Shown one piece after another: positions 56,303-64,000 of a stretch of DNA of 64,000 nt. Within the stretch, counting starts at the first letter, position 1. Each line of letters opens with the position of its first letter. The notes below the pieces were generated by a model, which saw nothing but the letters and a program-made list of their open reading frames with translations, did not search any database and was not told the DNA's origin. A program made the translations under genes and the position numbers. Source of the stretch: an uncultured Candidatus Binatia bacterium (GTDB taxonomy: Bacteria > Desulfobacterota > Binatia > UBA9968 > JAJDTQ01); contig OZ244070.1 in assembly GCA_965215605.1 (NCBI GenBank), forward strand, positions 3,712,001 to 3,776,000, given 5' to 3'.

Positions 56303-58090
56303 ATGCGCATCATCCGAATCGCTCTCATGGTCATCGGAGCGGCAGCCACCCTGACTGCCGGCGGCGTAGTGGCCGCGCTGCTGTTCTTCTACACCGGCAC
56401 CCCGCCGATACCGGAAAAAACGGTCCTCACCCTGGACCTTGAGCGCAACCTCCCGGAGTACGGCTCCGGCGGACTCGGCGCCTTGACCGGCCTCGGAAGG
56501 GAACGGCCGACGCTGTGGGAAACCGTGGCCGCCATCGAGCGGGCGGCCGGGGATGAGCGCGTGGTCGGTCTCGTGGCCCAGGTCGGCGCCTCGGACATGG
56601 GGCTGGCACGGACCCAGGAGTTGCGCGACGCCGTCCGGGCCTTCCGCCGCTCCGGCAAGCCCGCCTACGCCTTCGCCGAGTCCTTCGGCGACTTCGGCCC
56701 CGGCAACGCCGCCTTCTATCTGGCGGCGGCGTTCGAGAAGGTCTATCTGCAACCAACCGGTGACGTGGGCCTCACCGGCCTGATGGTGCAAGGCTACTTC
56801 CTCAGGGAGACGCTGGAGAAGCTCGACGTGCAGTTCCGGGTGGAGCAGCGGGAGGAGTACAAGGGCATCAAGGATCGCTTCACCGAGAGCGGCTTCACGG
56901 CCGCCCAGCGGGAAGCCTTGAAACGGATCCTGGAATCGCTGACCGAACAGTTGACGGTGGGGATATCCAAGGGTCGCGGGCTTTCCCGCGCCGCGGTACG
57001 GGAGTTGATGCAGCAGGGGCCTTTCTCCGCCGGGGAAGCCCTCGAGGCCGGCCTGGTGGACGGGCTGCGCTACCGCGACGAACTGGACGCGATCATCCGA
57101 GAGAGACTCGGCCCGGACCTGGCGTTCCTGTCTCTGCCCCACTATGGCCGCCGGCTGGAGGACAGGGGCGACGACCCGGCCACCCTGGCGTTGATCCATG
57201 GCCTGGGGCAGATCCATCGCGGCAGCAGCCGCTTCCCGGCCCTTGCCGGAAGGGATACCATGGGCTCGGGCAGCATCGCCCGGGCTTTTCGCAGAGCCGC
57301 GGACGACCATGAGGTGAAAGCCATCATCTTCCGCATCGACAGTCCGGGCGGCTCCTACGTGGCCTCGGATGTAATCCGGCGCGAAGTGCTGCGCGCCCGC
57401 CGGCGGGGGAAGCCGGTGATCGTTTCCATGGGCGACATCGCGGGCTCGGGAGGCTACTTCGTGGCCGTCCCGGCCAACCGGATCCTGGCCCAGCCCGCGA
57501 CCCTCACCGGATCCATCGGAGTGGCGGCAGGGAAGATCGTAACCGAGGGCTTGTGGGACAAGCTGGGCGTATCCTGGGACCAGGTGGCCGGCAACACCAA
57601 CGCCACCTTCTGGAGCGCGCTTCAGGACTATGATCCGGCCCAGCGCGCGCGCCTCGAGCGGCGCCTCGACACAGTGTACGACGACTTCGTGGCCAAGGTG
57701 GCCGAGGGCCGGAGTTTGTCCCGCGAACAGGTTCTGGCCGCCGCCAAAGGGCGTGTCTGGACCGGTGCCGATGCGAAGGAACGGGGGCTTGTGGACGAGT
57801 TGGGCGGTTACGCGGCGACCCTCGCGGCCGCCCGGGAGATCGCCGGTATCCCGCCCGACGCCGCCATCCGCCTGCGGCCCTTCCCGCGCCGCAAATCCGC
57901 GCTACGGCTCGTTGCCGAACAGTTGACGGGAGATGGGGACGGAGAGATCGCAATCCCCACGCCCGACCTGCTGAGCCAGGCAATCGAGGGGTCGGGACCG
58001 TTGGCGGCGTGGGCGCGTTCCACCGGTTTGGCGGAACCTCCGGGACTGCTGGAGATGACGCTGCCGGGCGGGCTGCGCCGACCGCGGTGA
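56303..58090 (+). CDS. sppA: Signal peptide peptidase SppA (67K type)
   Basis: Tandem S49 domains, IDSPGGS, GSGGY, TGSIGV, GRVWTG. Confidence 0.92.
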   Translation: MRIIRIALMVIGAAATLTAGGVVAALLFFYTGTPPIPEKTVLTLDLERNLPEYGSGGLGALTGLGRERPTLWETVAAIERAAGDERVVGLVAQVGASDMGLARTQELRDAVRAFRRSGKPAYAFAESFGDFGPGNAAFYLAAAFEKVYLQPTGDVGLTGLMVQGYFLRETLEKLDVQFRVEQREEYKGIKDRFTESGFTAAQREALKRILESLTEQLTVGISKGRGLSRAAVRELMQQGPFSAGEALEAGLVDGLRYRDELDAIIRERLGPDLAFLSLPHYGRRLEDRGDDPATLALIHGLGQIHRGSSRFPALAGRDTMGSGSIARAFRRAADDHEVKAIIFRIDSPGGSYVASDVIRREVLRARRRGKPVIVSMGDIAGSGGYFVAVPANRILAQPATLTGSIGVAAGKIVTEGLWDKLGVSWDQVAGNTNATFWSALQDYDPAQRARLERRLDTVYDDFVAKVAEGRSLSREQVLAAAKGRVWTGADAKERGLVDELGGYAATLAAAREIAGIPPDAAIRLRPFPRRKSALRLVAEQLTGDGDGEIAIPTPDLLSQAIEGSGPLAAWARSTGLAEPPGLLEMTLPGGLRRPR

Positions 58091-58192
58091 CGGGGCGGGA
58101 TGCGGGTTGACAGGGGAAACCGTGCTTTGGTAGCCGGTATATCTGCGGGGACAACCGCCGATTCCACGACCTCGGAGCGTTTTTTACCAACC

Positions 58193-59374
58193 ATGCTTGA
58201 CGGCATCAGAGTGCTCGAGCTCGGCCACATCGTGGCCGGACCCACGGCGGGGCTCATCCTGGCCGCGCTGGGGGCCGACGTCATCAAGGTGGAGCGGCCC
58301 GGCAGCGGCGATCAGGCGCGCTTCAGCCGCGGCAACCAAGGGTATTTCCTGGCCTTCAACGGCAGCAAGCGGAGCATTGCCCTGGACCTCAAGGATGCCC
58401 GCGGACGGGATGCCTTCGAGCGGCTGCTGCGGACCTCCGACGTGCTCATCGACAACTACGGTCCCGGCGTGCTGGAGCGTATGGACTTGGGGTACGACGC
58501 GCTGCAACGCATCAAGCCCGGCCTGCTCCACTGCGGCATCAAGGGATTCCTGGCCGGGCCTTACGAGCAGCGCAACCTGCTGGACGAGCCCGCGCAGATG
58601 ATGGGCGGGCTGGCCTACATGACCGGGCCGCCGGGAATGCCGCTCCGGGCCGGCGCCTCCATCGTCGACATGACCGGCGCCATGTTCGGCGTCATCGGCA
58701 TCCTGGCGGCGCTGCTCGGGCGCGGGCGCGACGGCGGCGGCAACGAGATGCGCGTCGGGTTGTTCGAGACTGCCGTATTCCTGGTTTCGCAGCACATCGC
58801 CAAGGCGGGCATTTCGGGAGAAGTGCCGGCCCCCATGACCGAGCGCGGCGTGGGCCAGGACCTCGGATGGGGCATCTACAAGGTGTTCGAGACCCGGGAC
58901 CGGCGCCACGTGTTCATCGGCGTTACCAGCAACATCCAATGGGAGGCCTACTGCAGGGAGTTCGGCCTCGACGACCTCTGGGCGGAGGAGGCGCTGCGGG
59001 ACAACGCCGGCCGCCGCGGGGAATTCGCCCGCCTGACCCGGCGCACCGAGGAGATGGTGCGCACCTTCGATTTCGGCGACATGGTCGCGCGTCTCGAATC
59101 GGCCAATATTCCCCATGCCCCCATCAACACGCCCACGGACCTGTTCGAGCACCCCCATCTCAAGGAACGCGGGCACATGACCGAGCTGACGGCGCCGGAC
59201 GGGACCTCGTCTCCATTGCCCGCGCTGCCGGTGGAATTCCGCGAGGCGGATCTGCCGCCGCGCGCCGATCCGCCTCTGCTCGGCGAGCATACGGTTTCCT
59301 TGCTGCGGGAATTGGGTTATTCGGAAGAGGAGATTTCGGCCATCACCGGACCCTTGGAATCCGGCGGTACTTGA
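58193..59374 (+). CDS. Class III CoA transferase (CaiB/BaiF)
   Basis: LDGIRVLE, AGP, LGADVIKVE, catalytic Asp in IVDMTG, PLLGEH. Confidence 0.92.
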   Translation: MLDGIRVLELGHIVAGPTAGLILAALGADVIKVERPGSGDQARFSRGNQGYFLAFNGSKRSIALDLKDARGRDAFERLLRTSDVLIDNYGPGVLERMDLGYDALQRIKPGLLHCGIKGFLAGPYEQRNLLDEPAQMMGGLAYMTGPPGMPLRAGASIVDMTGAMFGVIGILAALLGRGRDGGGNEMRVGLFETAVFLVSQHIAKAGISGEVPAPMTERGVGQDLGWGIYKVFETRDRRHVFIGVTSNIQWEAYCREFGLDDLWAEEALRDNAGRRGEFARLTRRTEEMVRTFDFGDMVARLESANIPHAPINTPTDLFEHPHLKERGHMTELTAPDGTSSPLPALPVEFREADLPPRADPPLLGEHTVSLLRELGYSEEEISAITGPLESGGT

Positions 59375-59402
59375 TTCGATCGGCTCATGGACGGGAGAAC
59401 GA

Positions 59403-60521
59403 ATGACAGCGGACCAGCAGGTGGACATGGAACAGGTGGACGCCGCCATCGACGCGTGGAAGGCGGTGACGGAGGAGATGACGGGGAAGATCGTCGAGGA
59501 GCGTCAGCCCTGGGTCAGCTCCGTGACCGAGGATGCCATCAAGCACTTCGCCTACGGCACGGATGACGACAATCCCCTGTGGACGGACTCCAGCTACGCG
59601 GCCAGGACCGGGAAGGGGAAGAACCAGGCGCCGCCGGCATTCGTGTTCGTCAATCGTTACCCGATCCTTCACGGCGCGCCCATGAAGGCGCCGCTGGCAT
59701 CCCTCATCGGCGGCGTGGAGGTGGAGTGGTCCGGCAACGTGTACGCCGGCGACACCCTGAGCTCCGAGCCGCGCCAGAAGAAATTCTTCGAAAAACGCAA
59801 CAAGGAGGGACGGCGGCTCAATTTCGTCATCTCGGAAATCGACTACCGCAATCAGGAGAACGCCCTGGTGGCCAGAGCCACCGGCACCATGATCATGGCC
59901 ACCCAGATCGGCCTCCAGACCATGATGGAGCACCAGGCGCCGCGCTACGACGACGCCGCCCTGGAGCAGCTCGAGAGCACGTGGCGCGATGAATTCCGCC
60001 GTGGGGCGGATACGCTTTTCTTCGAAGACGTGGCGACGGGCAGCGACATTCCGCCCATCGTCCGCGGCCCGCTGACCATCGGCGACATGGTGGCCTGGAA
60101 CGCGGCCATCGGCCCGTCCTACAAGGCCGGGCGCTGGGGCTATCTGGACCTCAGCAAGGCCATGCACACCGCCATGTTCAACCCCGTGACGGGCTTTCCC
60201 GTGAAGTATTCGCAGCAGCACGAGGACGCCAACATGGCCGCCGGCCGCGGCATGCCCGCCCCGTTCGACAACGGCGTGATGCGGTTCGGCTGGGTGGCGC
60301 CGCTGGTGACCAACTGGATGGGGGACGACGGCTTCCTCAAGCGCTTGAACGTGCAGGTGGCCCGACCCGGCCTGTACGGCGACCTGACCACCTACTCGGG
60401 CCGGGTCACCGCCAGGAACGCCGACACCAGGACCGTGACCCTGGAGATCACCGGAACCCGCCAGGACGGCATGGTGAACACCCGCGGCGACGCGGAAGTG
60501 AAATTGCCCGCCCGGGCGTAG
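59403..60521 (+). CDS. Fused double-MaoC (hotdog) dehydratase
   Basis: FAYGTDDDNP in the N-terminal half; FEDV..G..IP and HED.. in the C-terminal half. Confidence 0.8.
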   Translation: MTADQQVDMEQVDAAIDAWKAVTEEMTGKIVEERQPWVSSVTEDAIKHFAYGTDDDNPLWTDSSYAARTGKGKNQAPPAFVFVNRYPILHGAPMKAPLASLIGGVEVEWSGNVYAGDTLSSEPRQKKFFEKRNKEGRRLNFVISEIDYRNQENALVARATGTMIMATQIGLQTMMEHQAPRYDDAALEQLESTWRDEFRRGADTLFFEDVATGSDIPPIVRGPLTIGDMVAWNAAIGPSYKAGRWGYLDLSKAMHTAMFNPVTGFPVKYSQQHEDANMAAGRGMPAPFDNGVMRFGWVAPLVTNWMGDDGFLKRLNVQVARPGLYGDLTTYSGRVTARNADTRTVTLEITGTRQDGMVNTRGDAEVKLPARA

Positions 60522-60606
60522 GGGCGGCTTCCGTACCCGCCTGCCCGGCAGGCCCCGAACAGGAACGGTTGCCGGGCGAGATTCCATACGAAAGGGGAGA
60601 GATACC

Positions 60607-62115
60607 TTGGAGAACCATGAGAACGGGCTTCCGGCCCGCTGGGACGTAGAGACCGACGTGGTGGTGGTGGGCTTCGGCTTCGCCGGCGGCGTTTCCGCGG
60701 TCGCCGCGGCGGACGACGGCGCCGAGGTCACCATCGTGGAGAAAATGCCCAACCCCGGCGGCATCTCGATCCTCGCCGGCGGCGGCATCGCCACCGCCAT
60801 GGACGAGAACAAGGCGTTCGAGTACCTGCGGCACACCAACGCCGGCCGCACTCCGGACGACGTGCTCCAGGCCTTGGCCAAGGGCATGACGGAGATGAAG
60901 GACTTTGTGAAGGAGTTGGTGAAGGAGACCCCGTTCGAGCTGGAAGAGCAACGGAACGGCGGCACCTATCCGTTCCCGGGCGGCGAGGGACTGGACGGCT
61001 TCAAGATCGCGCCCATGGAAGGCTACGAGGGCTTCGGGTGGGCCAAGGGCCTGCGCGGCGGCGCGCGCCTCTTCAAGGTGCTCCTGGACAACGTGGAGGC
61101 GCGCCCGAACATCTCGGTGCGGCAGGCCACGCCGGCCAAGCGCCTCGTGCGGCACCCGGACTACGGCATCGTCGGGCTGGTGGCGGAGCACGACGGCGAG
61201 GAGGTCGCCATCAAGGCGCGCAAGGGCGTGATCCTGGCCTGCGGCGGCTTCGAGAACAACGACGAGATGAAGCGGAACTATTTCGAGGCCATGCCGGTCT
61301 ACACCCTCTTCACCGGCAACACCGGCGACGGCATCACCATGGCCCAGGAAGTGGGGGCGTCCATGTGGCACATGTGGCACTTCCACGGCAGCTACGGGTT
61401 CAAGTACCCCGAGTTCCCGCTGGCCTTCCGCCACTGCTTCCGGGGCCCGCGCAAGGACGACTGGGTCATGCCCTGGATCGCCGTGGACAAGTACGGACGG
61501 CGGTTCATGAACGAGTACCCGCCGGCGGTGCAGGACACCGGCCATCGGGCGCTGGAATTCTACGACGCCGACAAACAGGAGTTCCCGCGTATCCCGGCCT
61601 ACCTGGTGTTCGACGAGAAGGGCCGCAAGCTCGGCCCGGTGGGACAGCCCACCGTGCACGACGAGACCGTCTCCTACGACTGGAGCGAGGACAACCTCGC
61701 CGAGGTGGAGCGGGGATGGATCAAGAAGGCCGGCGATCTCGAGACCATCGCGAAGATGATCCCGGCGACGGACCCGGCCACGCTCGAGGATACGGTGGCG
61801 GAATGGAACCAGGTGTGCGCCAGCGGGAGCACCGACCGCTACCACCGGCTGCCCGGCACCCGCCTGTCCATCGACACGCCGCCGTTCTACCTGATGGAGG
61901 TCTGGCCCATCGTCTCCAACACCCAGGGCGGGCCGGTGCACGACGCCGGGCAGCACGTCATGGACGTGCGCAACGAACCCATCCGGCGGCTCTTCTCCGC
62001 CGGCGAGTGCGGCTCGTCCTTCGGCCATCTGTATCTGGAGGCGGGAAACATCACCGAGTGCTTCGTCACCGGGCGCATCGCCGGCCGCAACGCGGCGGGG
62101 CTGGACTCCTGGTAG
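60607..62115 (+). CDS. FAD-dependent oxidoreductase (FAD_binding_2; KstD/FrdA/TcuA-like)
   Basis: VVVGFGFAG, ILACGGF, NTGDG, GRRFMNE, TQGG and LFSAGE motifs. Confidence 0.88.
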   Translation: MENHENGLPARWDVETDVVVVGFGFAGGVSAVAAADDGAEVTIVEKMPNPGGISILAGGGIATAMDENKAFEYLRHTNAGRTPDDVLQALAKGMTEMKDFVKELVKETPFELEEQRNGGTYPFPGGEGLDGFKIAPMEGYEGFGWAKGLRGGARLFKVLLDNVEARPNISVRQATPAKRLVRHPDYGIVGLVAEHDGEEVAIKARKGVILACGGFENNDEMKRNYFEAMPVYTLFTGNTGDGITMAQEVGASMWHMWHFHGSYGFKYPEFPLAFRHCFRGPRKDDWVMPWIAVDKYGRRFMNEYPPAVQDTGHRALEFYDADKQEFPRIPAYLVFDEKGRKLGPVGQPTVHDETVSYDWSEDNLAEVERGWIKKAGDLETIAKMIPATDPATLEDTVAEWNQVCASGSTDRYHRLPGTRLSIDTPPFYLMEVWPIVSNTQGGPVHDAGQHVMDVRNEPIRRLFSAGECGSSFGHLYLEAGNITECFVTGRIAGRNAAGLDSW

Positions 62116-62130
62116 ACGAGGGGCCGGGCC

Positions 62131-64000
62131 ATGCTTGACTACTTCGGATCCCTGTTCGCCGGCCTTGGGGCCGTGCTGCCGTTCACCGCCGCCGGCCAGG
62201 ATCCCTTCATCTTCATGATGATCGGAATCGCCATCGGCTTTGCCGTGGGGATCTTGCCGGGGCTCGGCGGGGCCACCACGCTGGCGCTGATGCTGCCGTT
62301 CATCTACAAGATGGACCCCACCACGGCGTTCGCGTTTCTGCTGGGGAGCCACGCGGTCACCGCCACCACCGGCGACATCACCTCGGTGTTGTTCGGGGTT
62401 CCCGGCGAAGGCATCACCGCCGCCACCATCGTCGACGGCCATGCCATGGCCAAGCGCGGGGAAGCGGGGCGGGCGCTGGGAGCGGCGCTCATGAGCTCGC
62501 TCATCGGCGCCATCTTCGGCGCCTTCGCGCTGGCCCTGGCCATTCCCATCGTCCAGCCGCTGGTGCTGTCCATCGGCGCGCCCGAGTTCCTGATGCTCAG
62601 CCTCCTGGGCATTACCTTCCTGGCCTCCCTGAGCGGCGGCAACCTGGCCAAGGGTCTCACCGCCGGCGGCTTCGGCCTGGTGCTGGCCATGGTGGGGCTC
62701 GACGCCATCACCAGCGTCTCCCGCTACACGCTGGAGCCCATCCTCGGCAGCCAGAACGTCCTGTTCCTGTGGGACGGCCTTTCCCTGGTGGCGGTGACCG
62801 TGGGACTTTTTGCCATCCCGGAGATCATCGAGCTGGGGACCCAGGGAAGCAGCATCGCCCGGGACACGCCCAGCGCCCTGGGCGGGGTCATGCAAGGCGT
62901 ACGGGACACCTTCCGTCACTGGAAGCTGGTGCTCCGGTGCAGCGCCATCGGCACCTACATCGGACTGATTCCGGGTCTGGGCGGCGGTCCCGCCCAGTGG
63001 GTGGCCTACGCCCACGCGGTGCAGAGCGGTTCCTCGGACCAGACCTCTTTCGGCCAGGGAGCGGTGGAAGGGGTGCTGGGCCCCGGCGCCGCCAACAACT
63101 CCAAGGAAGGGGGCTCGCTGGTCCCCACCATCGCCTTCGGCGTGCCCGGCAGCGTCGGCATGGCAATCCTGCTGGGGGCCTTCATCATCCAGGGCATCGT
63201 CCCCGGTCCGGATCTCCTCAACCCGCACAAGCACCTGAACCTGACCTTCTCCTTCGTCTGGATCATCGTGCTCTCCAACATCATTACGGTGGCGGTCAGC
63301 TTCCTCTTCCTCAAGCAGTTGGCCCGGATCACCTTCGTCAAGGGCACCTACCTGATCCCGTTCCTGCTGCTGCTCATCTTCCTCGGCGGCTTCGCCGTCA
63401 AGAACAGCTTCGGCGACATGATCGTGGTGCTGCTATTCGGGGCGGTGGGGTGGCTGATGATCCGCAATGACTGGCAACGCCCTCCCTTGCTGCTGGGGCT
63501 CGTGCTCGGAGGCATCGCCGACAACAACCTGTTCCTCACCAGCAAGATCTACGGCATGAGCTGGGTGACGCGGCCCGGGGTGATCGTCATCGGGCTCATG
63601 ATCGCCGGGGCGTTGCTGTACCCGCTCTGGCAGGCGCGCAGGCAGCGCCGGCCGTTGGAAGCGGAAGTGGAAGGACGGGCCGGCGAGGAGTACGAGGATA
63701 CCGGTCCTCCGGAGGGAGGAGAAGCATCCAAGTCGGAGCGGACTCTCTTCGCCGGGCTGTTCGTCGCCATCTTCGTCTACGTGGTTTACGAGGCACTCTA
63801 CGGTTTCGGCGCGGTGGAGAAGCAGGCCGCGCTGTTCCCCCTGGCCGTGGGCCTGCCGAGTCTCGCGCTGGCGATTGTGGCTCTGATCCATGAATTCCGT
63901 GTTCCGGTGCCGGCGGCGGTGGCGGAGACCGCCGCCATCGCGGCCGAGCGAGCGCTGCTGCGCCGACGCACCGTGGGCATCGTATGCTGGACGGTGGGCT
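62131..64000 (+). CDS. tctA: Tripartite tricarboxylate transporter TctA with C-terminal TctB-like fusion (3'-partial)
   Basis: GILPGLG, GVPG..AATIVDG, IPGLGG, ANNS, PTIAFGVPG; frame stays open to the window end (absent from the ORF track). Confidence 0.88.
   Translation, partial: MLDYFGSLFAGLGAVLPFTAAGQDPFIFMMIGIAIGFAVGILPGLGGATTLALMLPFIYKMDPTTAFAFLLGSHAVTATTGDITSVLFGVPGEGITAATIVDGHAMAKRGEAGRALGAALMSSLIGAIFGAFALALAIPIVQPLVLSIGAPEFLMLSLLGITFLASLSGGNLAKGLTAGGFGLVLAMVGLDAITSVSRYTLEPILGSQNVLFLWDGLSLVAVTVGLFAIPEIIELGTQGSSIARDTPSALGGVMQGVRDTFRHWKLVLRCSAIGTYIGLIPGLGGGPAQWVAYAHAVQSGSSDQTSFGQGAVEGVLGPGAANNSKEGGSLVPTIAFGVPGSVGMAILLGAFIIQGIVPGPDLLNPHKHLNLTFSFVWIIVLSNIITVAVSFLFLKQLARITFVKGTYLIPFLLLLIFLGGFAVKNSFGDMIVVLLFGAVGWLMIRNDWQRPPLLLGLVLGGIADNNLFLTSKIYGMSWVTRPGVIVIGLMIAGALLYPLWQARRQRRPLEAEVEGRAGEEYEDTGPPEGGEASKSERTLFAGLFVAIFVYVVYEALYGFGAVEKQAALFPLAVGLPSLALAIVALIHEFRVPVPAAVAETAAIAAERALLRRRTVGIVCWTVG

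Overview
This is a gene-dense, high-GC bacterial chromosomal segment with about 62 CDSs and one tRNA-Arg(CCG). I found no phage, CRISPR array, integrase or intact IS. Housekeeping genes (rpiA, recD2, grxC, tldD/tldE, gloB, arfB, sppA, comF, AsmA, rhomboid, pcs) are interspersed with many small catabolic modules, including amidohydrolases, SDRs, an LLM, a GMC oxidoreductase, a P450, a Mo-hydroxylase large subunit, UbiD, a CoA transferase, a BMP-type purine ABC importer and a TctA transporter. The gene repertoire suggests a versatile heterotroph, possibly a deltaproteobacterium-like lineage (inference only). The most notable items are: (1) a cluster of a divergent 3-hydroxyanthranilate-dioxygenase-like cupin, a ferritin-like diiron protein, an amidohydrolase, a 67-aa protein, an SDR and UbiD; (2) an E1alpha/E1beta pair with no E2 that lacks the lipoamide-protonating His and is followed by an LLM flavoenzyme; (3) a MEMO/AmrB protein with a PqqD/RRE-like N-terminal extension; (4) a TctA-TctB fusion; (5) recurrent leaderless-type promoters; (6) CGTC-type REP palindromes; (7) a truncated sulfatase beside a GNAT gene and the tRNA. 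All product calls come from motif recognition, not database searches.
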